DNA from: a virus
Length of the DNA: 64,000 nucleotides
IMG/VR virus record: IMGVR_UViG_3300021061_000001
Strand: one strand, 5' to 3'
Position 1 is the stretch's first letter, and each line of letters starts with the position of its first letter. The notes beneath the pieces are model-generated. The model saw nothing but the letters and a program-made list of their open reading frames with translations, did not search any database and had not been told where the DNA came from. The position numbers and the translations under genes were made by a program. Positions 34,081-41,858 of the stretch are shown in pieces.

Positions 34081-34439
34081 TGTTGACCGTCCTCCTCGCA
34101 AAACATCTGGACGTGCATGATGCAGCGGAGCGGAGCGTCCAGCAGGACCATCACGCCCTCCCGCCGGCAGTGTGCCACCGTTTCGCGTGGACAGCCACGA
34201 ATGCCAACCACGCTTGGCCAGCCGGCAAGTTGCACAGCATCGACAGCATCGCGCAGCTCCGCGTCGGTCCATGTTGCCGACGTGAAGCACAGCAGCATCG
34301 GGCGATCGTTCGGTTCGATGATGGCGCATTCGCCATCACGGTTTTTCAGCGCCAACCACTCGGCGGGCTCATCGGGGAGCGACGGCGTCGGCAGAGCGTC
34401 CGTCAAATACTTGTCCAGGTTGACCAGTTTGTGCCTCAT
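34074..34439 (-). CDS. Hypothetical protein (121 aa) coupled to the LuxR-type gene
   Basis: ORF with coding GC3. Its stop overlaps the GTG of the HTH gene. Confidence 0.6.
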   Translation of the reverse strand: MRHKLVNLDKYLTDALPTPSLPDEPAEWLALKNRDGECAIIEPNDRPMLLCFTSATWTDAELRDAVDAVQLAGWPSVVGIRGCPRETVAHCRREGVMVLLDAPLRCIMHVQMFCEEDGQQC

Positions 34440-34460
34440 GTCTGGCCTCGCGACAGTGCT

Positions 34461-34547
34461 GGAGCCCCGCTTGGGCGATTTTGTTTAGCCTAGGTACCGT
34501 TTTCAATGCGACCCGCAGCAATTGCGGGAGGCACCTTCGGTCTTGGG
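34461..34547 (-). repeat. Dispersed repeat, copy A (intergenic)
   Basis: GGAGCCCCGCTTGGGC ... TTCAATGCGACCCGCAGCAATTGCGGGAGG ... CCTTCGGTCTTGGG. It has a 25-nt insertion relative to copy B. Confidence 0.85.
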
Positions 34548-34593
34548 CCGGTCCGATTTACTCGGCCTGCTCCCGCGCTTCGATGATCTGGTT

Positions 34594-34869
34594 TTAGCGC
34601 TGACCATCGCTCAACTGCACTTCGCCGATTACGCGGCAGTCGCCGCACGACGCCACTCGCAAGTCGCCCAGAGCCACGCAGTATTCCTGGCCCTCGTCGC
34701 CCTGCGTGAAGCACACCAAGCCGGCCTCTTCCTCGTTCTCGCCCCACCACGAGCCGTCCACGAACTCGGCTCCCTCGATCACGTTCGAGGGCTCCCAGCC
34801 GATTGGAACGCACCAGCGGGCTTGCGGAATCGAACTGCGGCGCCCAAGGCGGATTTTCAACTGAGCCAT
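34594..34869 (-). CDS. Hypothetical protein (91 aa)
   Basis: ATG 34869 is preceded by the conserved TTAACGGAGGGTAGGAC cassette. Confidence 0.55.
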   Translation of the reverse strand: MAQLKIRLGRRSSIPQARWCVPIGWEPSNVIEGAEFVDGSWWGENEEEAGLVCFTQGDEGQEYCVALGDLRVASCGDCRVIGEVQLSDGQR

Positions 34870-34931
34870 TGTCCTACCCTCCGTTAAAAAGTGTCCGTGT
34901 TCTTTGCTTCAATGGGTCCATCGACGAATGA

Positions 34932-35009
34932 CCGCAACTCGCGAGCGTACTCTTGCGCGTCCTCGCGTGAGCCGAAAGTCTGCTCGCGATTGAGGCCACA
35001 ATCGCGGCC
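34932..35009 (-). repeat. 78-bp perfect direct repeat, copy 1 (non-coding remnant)
   Basis: Identical to 36426-36503. Here the homologous reading frame has no start codon and follows the stop of the 35011 gene. Confidence 0.95.
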
Positions 35010-35010
35010 A

Positions 35011-35424
35011 TCACCTGCGGTGCGGCAACTCGCTCATCGGCGCCAACTCTGCCTCGAATATGCACTCGGATGCCCTCCTTGGGTCGTAGTGGTCCGAGCC
35101 CGTCTGGGCCCACACCTTTCCATTCTCGTCAATGAGCACGAACTCCTCCCATGGGCGCCTATCTGCCACGACGCGACTATCGCCGGGCGTTAGCGGCTCT
35201 AGCCGCCCGTCGACGGCGCGCCTGTGCGTCGCAAGCAAACCGGCGCGGGATGCCAGGTCGTGAAAGAAGTTGCTCCCGCCATAGGTGGGCGTGGCGGCCG
35301 GTGTCCAGCCTGCGGGGATGTCCCCGCTGACCTCGACGCGGTAGGTGGCCCAGCCGGGGTTGATGCTACTCATGTCTGTCGGCCGGTGGGAATCCACCTT
35401 GACGGCCTTTAGGACTAGTTTCAT
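35011..35424 (-). CDS. Hypothetical protein (137 aa)
   Basis: GGAGGAAACA lies upstream of ATG 35424. Coding GC3. Confidence 0.6.
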   Translation of the reverse strand: MKLVLKAVKVDSHRPTDMSSINPGWATYRVEVSGDIPAGWTPAATPTYGGSNFFHDLASRAGLLATHRRAVDGRLEPLTPGDSRVVADRRPWEEFVLIDENGKVWAQTGSDHYDPRRASECIFEAELAPMSELPHRR

Positions 35425-35493
35425 TGTTTCCTCCTAGCCAGCGGAGTCGGTCATTTTCGCCGCAGTGACCGATAGTTTGGGGAGCTTACCCCC

Positions 35494-35560
35494 GGAGCCC
35501 CGCTTGGGCTCACTTCAATGTGACCCGCAGCAATTGCGGGAGGGCGCCTTCGATCCTGGG
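35494..35560 (-). repeat. Dispersed repeat, copy B (3' end of gene plus spacer)
   Basis: Same blocks as 34461-34547. Here they encode the C-terminal ..IEGALPQLLRVTLK of the 35510 gene. Confidence 0.85.
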
Positions 35561-35803
35561 TACCGGCATCACCGTGCATTCGATGCGTCGGCGTTTGCCG
35601 GCTATTGTCACCTTGCCGCGATAGATTGTGGCTCCGCTCTTGGTGTCCTTGCCGATAACTGGCTTCGCCGTCAGGCTCAGGTCGCCGAGAGCCTTTTGGG
35701 CCGCGACGAAATCGGGGTTACTGTCTTCCAACTCGCCGCGCAGGCCCGCCAGGTCCATGTACTGGCGGACCGCAGCGATGGTGATGTACCAGCGCCATGT
35801 CAT
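35510..35803 (-). CDS. Hypothetical protein (97 aa)
   Basis: ATG 35803 overlaps the upstream stop (ATGA). MTWRWYITIAAVRQYMDLAG... Confidence 0.6.
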   Translation of the reverse strand: MTWRWYITIAAVRQYMDLAGLRGELEDSNPDFVAAQKALGDLSLTAKPVIGKDTKSGATIYRGKVTIAGKRRRIECTVMPVPRIEGALPQLLRVTLK

Positions 35804-36330
35804 GGAGTACCTCGGTCCAATGACATCTTGACGGGGTATCGCGACGGAACGTCCGCCGCTTGCTGCTCGGCCAACCCGGCATGCAGCGCGAATGTATGAG
35901 TCGCCGACGATGCGCCGGCAAGGCGGGCCGAATGATATCTGGCCACACTTGCGCGGTCGCGATAATACTGCGCGGTCGCGACCCTGACCGGAAGAGGCAC
36001 CGGGCCAACAGGACAATCATCTCCCAGCCATTCAATCAACTCCTCCGCTTCGTCCTCATCCATGTCGAGCAGCAGCGCCAGCACGGGGACTCGCTCGATG
36101 TCATACATGGCAGCCCAATCCTTGCGGTCCCATTCGCGCTGCTCGTCGTCGCTCAGGGACGGGGGGTTGTTCCGCCACGCCGCCACGCAACAACGTTTCC
36201 AACGGCGAGCGTCGGCGGCAGACAGATAGTAGGCGTGAGAGCCAATGACAACGCCGTTGCCGCCGTCGCCATAACTGGCGTCAACGCATTCGCATTCGGT
36301 GTCCGTTAGTCTGTACAGGTAGTGCTTCAT
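35800..36330 (-). CDS. Hypothetical protein (176 aa)
   Basis: ATG 36330 follows AAAGGGAAAG. Cys-rich N-terminus and an acidic central stretch. Confidence 0.6.
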   Translation of the reverse strand: MKHYLYRLTDTECECVDASYGDGGNGVVIGSHAYYLSAADARRWKRCCVAAWRNNPPSLSDDEQREWDRKDWAAMYDIERVPVLALLLDMDEDEAEELIEWLGDDCPVGPVPLPVRVATAQYYRDRASVARYHSARLAGASSATHTFALHAGLAEQQAADVPSRYPVKMSLDRGTP

Positions 36331-36413
36331 GTTCTTTCCCTTTGCTTCAATGGGTCCACCCCTGTTCGCTGGGGCCGCGTTCCCGCCTGAAACCCCGGCG
36401 GGTCGGGTTCGGG

Positions 36414-36947
36414 CTACTCCTTGGCCCGCAACTCGCGAGCGTACTCTTGCGCGTCCTCGCGTGAGCCGAAAGTCTGCTCGCGATTGAGGCCACAATCGCG
36501 GCCTTGGCCCTCGGTCCACTCGTACCAGGACACGGTGTAGCCGTTGCCGCTGATCGTCACCGTCACGTCTTCGTAATTCTTCATCGTCCTACCCTCCGTT
36601 AAAAAGATGGCCGTCGCCTCAATGCTGTCCGTTCTCGGGGCCGCTTTGCCGCTCGGGTCGCTGTTTAGCAGCATCCACAATTCGGCCTCGTCGAGTCTGA
36701 CGGCGACCCATTCGCCGTCGGACCAAACAAACCATCGCCATGACCAGTCGTTAGCGTTATTGAGCCTCGCAATCCGCTTGTACTCGTCGTACACGGAACG
36801 GACGTAGCCTGTAATCTGCGGCTCGTTGCCTGGACTGCTAATGCGCAGACTGGTCTGGCCGTTGCGATCTGTCCACCGCTCTGGCGAGTTAGTCCACGCC
36901 AACCCGACACGGCTGCGGCGAGTGATGGTTAGTGTCGTTGCGGTCAT
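36414..36947 (-). CDS. Hypothetical protein, apparently a fusion of two small genes
   Basis: ATG 36947 follows CAGGAGAA. An internal TTAACGGAGGGTAGGACG-ATG cassette at 36582-36606 precedes MKNYEDV..., and the C-terminal 26 codons are the 78-bp repeat. Confidence 0.55.
   Translation of the reverse strand: MTATTLTITRRSRVGLAWTNSPERWTDRNGQTSLRISSPGNEPQITGYVRSVYDEYKRIARLNNANDWSWRWFVWSDGEWVAVRLDEAELWMLLNSDPSGKAAPRTDSIEATAIFLTEGRTMKNYEDVTVTISGNGYTVSWYEWTEGQGRDCGLNREQTFGSREDAQEYARELRAKE
36426..36503 (-). repeat. 78-bp perfect direct repeat, copy 2 (coding)
   Basis: Encodes GRDCGLNREQTFGSREDAQEYARELR at the 3' end of the 36414 gene. Confidence 0.95.
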
Positions 36948-37081
36948 GATTCGTTCTCCTGAGTTAAGCGTGTGTGAATAGCACCAGCCCCGGCCCGTAA
37001 CCTGGCAGGGTGGACGGGCGCGGGCGCTGGTGCGTGGATCGTTCGTTGTGCGGTGGATTCCCTGCCAGGAATATCCCAAGT

Positions 37082-37300
37082 TTAGCACGGTTTTAGCGCG
37101 GTGTTAAGCGTGCTGCTGTCTCGCGCGCTGTCTCGCGCGGCGGCTTCCAGGCCGGCATCGAAGCACGCTTGCATGACGGCCCCCAGCATTTCGCGGCCGA
37201 TGTCGTCAAGCTGGCCGAGAAGCACGGGGACATAGGACAGCGCCACATCGGCCCGTACCGAGTAGGGCGCGGCTGCGGATTGTTGGCTAATCTTCGGCAT
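37082..37300 (-). CDS. Small protein (72 aa)
   Basis: ORF within the operon, 5 nt after the upstream stop. Confidence 0.45.
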   Translation of the reverse strand: MPKISQQSAAAPYSVRADVALSYVPVLLGQLDDIGREMLGAVMQACFDAGLEAAARDSARDSSTLNTALKPC

Positions 37301-37305
37301 CGCGG

Positions 37306-37644
37306 CTACCTCCTCGCGTCGAAGTCGTCCAGGTCCAGGACCTGGGCGGGTGATGGTTCATGCTGCTTTCCCTCCGCTTTGGCGAGAGCGGCATTGATTG
37401 CATCCAAGCAAGATCCGTTGCCGTCGTATTCACTGGCCATAGCATGAGCCATCTTGCATGCCGCCAGTAGTGCCGGCGCGGCTGCGATCAGCCGGGCATT
37501 GGCTTCTGCTTCGGCAATCGAGATGTCTGGCAGCATCCGGCGCAACCTCGCTACAATCCAGTTCTCAGAATCAACAATCACCATGTCCCTTCGTTCGTTC
37601 ACGCAAACGAATTTCCATGGCCCCGGCGTGTGCGGCATCTTCAT
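37306..37644 (-). CDS. Conserved phage hypothetical protein (MPHTPGPW ... ANARLIAAAPALL type)
   Basis: The N-terminal HTPGPW and central EAEANARLIAAAPALLAA motifs recur in many phage proteins of unknown function (recalled). Confidence 0.65.
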   Translation of the reverse strand: MKMPHTPGPWKFVCVNERRDMVIVDSENWIVARLRRMLPDISIAEAEANARLIAAAPALLAACKMAHAMASEYDGNGSCLDAINAALAKAEGKQHEPSPAQVLDLDDFDARR

Positions 37645-37722
37645 TCCCTCCCATTCGCGGTTAGTGGTAAACGGCCTCCGCCGTCGCCCTGGTGGGGATG
37701 CCAGGGCGTCAGCGGCGGCCGG

Positions 37723-38943
37723 TTACGCCATAGCCAGCTTGTAGGCTACCTGCTTCATCTGGTCGCCGGTTCCAGCGATCGCGCTCTCGAATCGCCGCGT
37801 ACGGCGCTCGTCCAGGTCCTTCGCCTGGCGGCCAAGCGTGTTATGATCTGCGTGGTCGGTGATCGCGTTAAACGCCTTCCAGGCCGTGCCATCTTCGGCG
37901 ATCTGCTCGCGGTGATAGCGGTCGATGATGTCAGCCAGGGCGGCGCGGTGGGCTGCTTCCTTGCGGGCCAGCGCCTTTTCGGCTTCCTCCTTGGCTCGCA
38001 GGTCGTGCGCGGCCGCCAGTTCGCGTACCAGCTCGCGAGACTCCTCGATGCGCATGATCTCGTCCAGGACATTGCGGGCGTAGGGGCGGATCTCCAGGCG
38101 CTTGCTTGCCATATGGGCGGCCGCAAGGGCAAACGCCTCGTGCGCCTTGGCCGTGTTGGCAAGCGCCCTTTCGGCATTGGCAAGCTTCTGTCGCACTGAT
38201 CCGGTATGCCTGATGCTGATGCCCTTCACGCGATCGCTGATCGACGCGGTAAAAGTGTTGTTGCAGACAACGCGCACCGATGTCGGATAGCAGTAGAGCG
38301 CGCCGGACCCATCGTGCGCCATGGTCACCAGTGCGTATGCCTCGTTCCGGTCCTGCTTGCCGAAAACGAAGCATTGCTTGGGGAGCTGGGCCAACATCCA
38401 GACTTTGCGGCCGCCGTCCAGGGCCCCCGCGGTTTCATACTTCGCCCCGAAGCTTGAAAGCGCCCCGTCCAGGAGGCCGAAACCGTCCTTATTCTGGATC
38501 GGCGCATATCGGCTGCCAACCGCGCCAAGAAAAGCGCCCGTGTCCTGCCTGACGATTCCCCAAGCGTCATCCGCAATGCGAGTCTCCCCGTTGTACGTGT
38601 AGGTGAGCTGCTGCTTCACAACCTGCCAGTCCAGGGAAGCCAGGCGGATTGCATCCGCGCTCGAAACCGCTTCGCGCACGAGTACGCCGAGCCCGTGCCA
38701 TGGCAGCGTGCCGGCGGCCATGATCGCCACTCGGCCAGTGCTGTTGTCCAGCGCGTGGCAGGAGTTGTAGTAATCGTGGTTCTCGCTCACGATCTCCGGC
38801 CCGGCGCCGTTGCCAATTTCGGTAGCTTCGAGCATGGCCCGCAATTCGGCGCGGCGCTTTTCGGCGTGATCCCCCTTCGTCGATCGCAGCATTTCCAGCT
38901 CTTTTCCGAGTTGAGAAAACAGGCTAGCCCATTGCTGGCCCAT
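37723..38943 (-). CDS. DUF932-family (phage/plasmid-like TIGR03299-type) protein
   Basis: GTLPWHGLG, SRYAPIQNKD, GGRKVWMLAQL, CNNTF and IRHTGS blocks in the order typical of DUF932 (recalled). The first ATG, at 38943, was chosen over the TTG track start. Confidence 0.8.
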   Translation of the reverse strand: MGQQWASLFSQLGKELEMLRSTKGDHAEKRRAELRAMLEATEIGNGAGPEIVSENHDYYNSCHALDNSTGRVAIMAAGTLPWHGLGVLVREAVSSADAIRLASLDWQVVKQQLTYTYNGETRIADDAWGIVRQDTGAFLGAVGSRYAPIQNKDGFGLLDGALSSFGAKYETAGALDGGRKVWMLAQLPKQCFVFGKQDRNEAYALVTMAHDGSGALYCYPTSVRVVCNNTFTASISDRVKGISIRHTGSVRQKLANAERALANTAKAHEAFALAAAHMASKRLEIRPYARNVLDEIMRIEESRELVRELAAAHDLRAKEEAEKALARKEAAHRAALADIIDRYHREQIAEDGTAWKAFNAITDHADHNTLGRQAKDLDERRTRRFESAIAGTGDQMKQVAYKLAMA

Positions 38944-38982
38944 ACCATCGCCCCGCAACAGCGCGCGGGGCGTTAGTGCGGG

Positions 38983-39207
38983 TCAGAACCCCAGCAACTC
39001 ACGACCGTAGGCGAATGCCTTTTCCCAGGCAGGAAAGCGGCAGTCGATGTAGATCGCGCTCGGCCCAACCGTGGACAGCATGACCTTGCAGATGCCGAAC
39101 CCGTAAACCGCTTCAATCTTGTCTGCCAGGTCACAAAGCCCGTTGCTGTCCCGATGGGAAACCAGATGCTTTGTCCCTTGCCACCAATGCCGATTCTCGC
39201 TTGCCAT
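38983..39207 (-). CDS. Small protein (74 aa)
   Basis: AAAGGGG lies upstream of ATG 39207. Confidence 0.5.
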   Translation of the reverse strand: MASENRHWWQGTKHLVSHRDSNGLCDLADKIEAVYGFGICKVMLSTVGPSAIYIDCRFPAWEKAFAYGRELLGF

Positions 39208-39226
39208 TGCCCAGCCCCTTTCACGG

Positions 39227-39469
39227 TTAAATCAACCCCTCATCCTGCGCCGCCTCGATACTCAACATCGCCTTTTCAATCGCCAGCTCGGCATCCTGGA
39301 GATGCGCCACTGCTTCCGGGATCAACTCCCCTTCGTCGTTCTCCGGGTCCTGACGCTCTTCCAAGTCGGCATAGGCGTCAGATACCAGCGTCATCAGCTC
39401 GGCAAGGGTTAGTTCCATGGGCTGCCCCTTGACGGTTACCGCAACGGTCACGTCCGTTCTCTGCTTCAT
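39227..39469 (-). CDS. Small acidic protein (80 aa)
   Basis: The ATG overlaps the upstream stop (ATGA). Confidence 0.55.
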   Translation of the reverse strand: MKQRTDVTVAVTVKGQPMELTLAELMTLVSDAYADLEERQDPENDEGELIPEAVAHLQDAELAIEKAMLSIEAAQDEGLI

Positions 39470-39642
39470 GACAGCCCCTTCACGATTCCAACAGCCAGGA
39501 ATACCAGCCCGGTAATGTCAGCGGACCACGCCGGGAATCCCAGCGTCACCAGCCCGGCGCCGATCACGATGCCGATTCCCAGCATGTGGAATACCCTGGC
39601 TAGGGCAGTCAGTTCCGGCACATGATCCCGATTCCGTTTCAT
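39466..39642 (-). CDS. Small two-TM membrane protein (58 aa; below track cutoff)
   Basis: ATG 39642 follows GGGAGGGG. Translation: MKRNRDHVPELTALARVFHMLGIGIVIGAGLVTLGFPAWSADITGLVFLAVGIVKGLS. First gene downstream of the operator cluster. Confidence 0.5.
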   Translation of the reverse strand: MKRNRDHVPELTALARVFHMLGIGIVIGAGLVTLGFPAWSADITGLVFLAVGIVKGLS

Positions 39643-39669
39643 CGCTTGCCCCTCCCGGTAAAACCGCTC

Positions 39670-39746
39670 TGGTCAAATTGACCAGTCAAGGGAAGAATAA
39701 ACCACTTGACCGAAATGGTCAAATAGATTTTTTCCGAATTGGTCAA
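39670..39746 (-). promoter_or_regulatory. Cluster of five TGGTCAA/TTGACCA half-sites (operator/promoter or iteron-like)
   Basis: TGGTCAA-A-TTGACCA (39670-39684), TTGACC-gaaat-GGTCAA (39706-39722) and TGGTCAA (39740-39746). On the minus strand they read as TTGACC -35-like boxes upstream of the 39642 gene. Confidence 0.45.
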
Positions 39747-39879
39747 AAAACCGGAAAGACCTGAAAAGGCCAGAAGATCGGCAAAGGAAAAAAACCGGAA
39801 GGGACGAAACCGAGAAAGGAAAAAAGACCGGCCCAGCTCGAAAACCGCCCGATTCCCAGGGAATCAGCCCAAAATGTGA

Positions 39880-40300
39880 CCCTAAGCGGCCCAGAGTACC
39901 GTACAGGGAACACAGAACCAAGGAATACGGCACCAGCACCACCAGCCCAGCACCAGAACCAGCAGCACCAACAGAGCAGTACGGGGGCAGGAACCAGAGC
40001 ACGCTCGGGGCATGATCCAGGCATGACCTGGCATATGCAACCAGCAGCACCAGTCCCGTCCCCGGGCCAGCCACCAGCCCAGCCACCAGCCCAGCCACCA
40101 GTCCAGCCCCTCATACACCAACACCTAACCCCGGCATCAGCACATGACCAGCCCCACTACCAGCCCTGCACCAGCAGCAGCACAGTACGTAAGCTGCTGC
40201 AGCAGCAGCACTACAGCAGAGCGGGGCAGGAGCAGGAGCAGGAGCGGGGCAGGAGCGGGGGCCGGCGCAGGAGCAGGAGCAGGCCGGTGGTATACCCGGA
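39880..40300. repeat. Strand-skewed (C+A-rich on + strand) low-complexity region with microsatellite-like units
   Basis: 3 x CCAGCCACCAGC (40067-40102), (GGAGCA)n at ~40226-40285, many CCAGCA units, and a GCAGCAGC/GCTGCTGC hairpin at 40174-40200. Codon usage in every frame is atypical for this genome. Confidence 0.7.
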
Positions 40301-40360
40301 GTGCCCCCAGATGGGGGGGCTGGCGGGTCTTCATATGCTGGCGGTGGGGTTTTTCGGACA

Positions 40361-40688
40361 TTATCGTGTTTTGGAACTGGAGCAGATCCTGTTGCTGCCC
40401 CAGAGTTTACGAGGCTTGCCGAGATGAGATTGCTTGGTGACGCCAGTGAGCCAGGACCATGTTTGGCCGGTTTTGATTCCAGAGACGGTGTTGACGCTGA
40501 TTCGGTATCTGGCTGCAAGCGTTTGAAGTTTCGCCCCGGCCGGTTCCTTCTTTGAACGTGACATAGTCGTAACCGTACTGGTTCTTGCAGGATTTGATCC
40601 TTCTGTCGCCTTTCCAGACGCTGCCATCAGAGCCGATGCGAAACCCTGGCTGGCCCATGATCTCTCGGTATTCAACGGTTTCGTTCAT
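40361..40688 (-). pseudogene. Decayed homing-endonuclease-like gene (NUMOD4-like N-terminus, frameshifted HTH tail, no nuclease core)
   Basis: Frame 1 reads EYREIMGQPGFRIGSDGSVWKG..YGYDYVTF. The +1 frame reads AKLQTLAARYRISVNTVSGIKTGQTWSWLTG. No HNH or GIY-YIG core lies between them. Confidence 0.45.
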
Positions 40689-40969
40689 GATTTTCTCAGG
40701 CAGGAACAGGACTGGTACCCCATGCGGCGGTGGCGGGGGCAGGCGGTGCCGAGTTGTTTGCGAGTTGAGTTGATGAGGCGGTGGTCGGATTGGTCTTGGC
40801 TGCCGTGGCGGCTCAGGGTGTCTTCGGCGGCGTTTAAGATGGCTTTGCTGGCCCAGATAAGGAGATGTTCGCCGCTCATGGCGGCTACTTTCTCCAGGAG
40901 GGCGTGTTCCTTGGGGGTGAGGGAGATCGTGATGGTGTAGGCGAATTCGGGCTTTTTGGTGCGTGGCAT
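40685..40969 (-). CDS. Ribbon-helix-helix (CopG/Arc-like) protein
   Basis: MPRTKKPEFAYTITISLTPKEHALLEKVAAMSGEHLLIWASKAIL fits the beta-strand/helix/helix pattern. The stop overlaps the next ORF. Confidence 0.6.
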   Translation of the reverse strand: MPRTKKPEFAYTITISLTPKEHALLEKVAAMSGEHLLIWASKAILNAAEDTLSRHGSQDQSDHRLINSTRKQLGTACPRHRRMGYQSCSCLRKS

Positions 40970-40974
40970 GGCGA

Positions 40975-41151
40975 TCACTTCACTTTCTTTGGGTCGAGGG
41001 CCTTGAGTTGCTCCAGGCAGCGCTGGCAGATGTGGTTGAGGTCGGTCCAGCCAACGACGGTGAGCTTGCCGTCGGTGATGAGCAGGTGGACCAGGTTTTG
41101 CTCGCTGGCGCAGAGGTTGCAGACCGGGAGCGGCTTGTTGACGATGGTCAT
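40975..41151 (-). CDS. Small zinc-ribbon protein (58 aa; below track cutoff)
   Basis: ATG 41151 overlaps the upstream stop (ATGA). Translation MTIVNKPLPVCNLCASEQ...NHICQRCLEQLKALDPKKVK contains two CxxC pairs. Confidence 0.5.
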   Translation of the reverse strand: MTIVNKPLPVCNLCASEQNLVHLLITDGKLTVVGWTDLNHICQRCLEQLKALDPKKVK

Positions 41152-41423
41152 GGTTTCCTCGAAACGAGCATGGGCAGGATGCCCTTGTGGATGTGAATGC
41201 CGCAGAGGACGCCTTCTTCGTTGTAGCTGGCCGTTACGGCCCCTGGGATGATCTCCGTGGCTGTCTTGGGCTTTCCGGTGGCGGTGTAGATGTAGCAGCG
41301 ATCCGGCGCGTAGTAGACGCGGACCTGGGAGGCTTCGGACATGGCGGCGCGGATCACGTCGGCGACCCTGGCGCGGGCCTCATCGGCCAGGCCGAGTGTC
41401 GCCGCCCACTGTTCGGGGGTCAT
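41148..41423 (-). CDS. DUF2283-like small protein
   Basis: ATG 41423 follows GGGAGGCGG. VRVYYAPDRCYIYTATG...ASYNEEGVLCGIHI resembles the YD-x-x-D-x-LYI ... G-x-L-x-GIE pattern (recalled). Confidence 0.5.
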   Translation of the reverse strand: MTPEQWAATLGLADEARARVADVIRAAMSEASQVRVYYAPDRCYIYTATGKPKTATEIIPGAVTASYNEEGVLCGIHIHKGILPMLVSRKP

Positions 41424-41459
41424 TTCCGCCTCCCTTCGGCTCTGGAACCACACGAGCGA

Positions 41460-41858
41460 TCATGGCTTGATCCTCCTCTTTGCTTCTTCCACCCTCTTGC
41501 GCATCCTGGCAGCGTCCTCGACGACGTGGGAATTGCTCCGCAGCCACGAATACAGGTGGCCGAACGCAAAATGGTCGCGGCGGCAGAGCGTGATGAGGTT
41601 GGCCGCGTCACATTCCAGGTCCGGCCGCTCGGCAAACGGAACAACATGGTGAACCTCGATATCGTTCGCCGTGCCGCACACCTCGCAGCGCGGGTGCTTG
41701 GCCAGGTGGGCCGCCCTCGCTTTGGTCCAGCACGCCGTTCGCGCTGTATGGCCGACTGGCGGAACTGCCTCTTCGGCGGTTGGCATGTTCATGCCGACCA
41801 GGGCGCCGATCAGCAGAGTGACCAGATAAGCCAGCGGATTGCTTCTTCGATGTGGCAC
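41460..41858 (-). CDS. HNH endonuclease with N-terminal hydrophobic segment
   Basis: CEVCGTANDIEVHHVVP ... NLITLCRRDHFAFGH is a classical HNH core. GTG start; internal ATGs are possible. Confidence 0.8.
   Translation of the reverse strand: MPHRRSNPLAYLVTLLIGALVGMNMPTAEEAVPPVGHTARTACWTKARAAHLAKHPRCEVCGTANDIEVHHVVPFAERPDLECDAANLITLCRRDHFAFGHLYSWLRSNSHVVEDAARMRKRVEEAKRRIKP

Noticed and set aside
34874-35113. 79-aa minus-strand ORF spanning the 78-bp repeat (and its 45-aa ATG-initiated subframe)
   Set aside because: Its frame differs from the one used by the coding copy of the repeat, and its 5' part overlaps the end of the 35011 gene. It is more simply explained as relic sequence.
39673-40518. 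ORFs in the skewed region (39876..40427 + Q/P-rich; 39673..40098 - hydrophobic; 40111..40518 -)
   Set aside because: Their codon usage departs from the G/C-ending preference of every confident gene here. They are mutually overlapping translations of trinucleotide-like repeats and lack an RBS. I kept the region as non-coding but flagged it as a finding.
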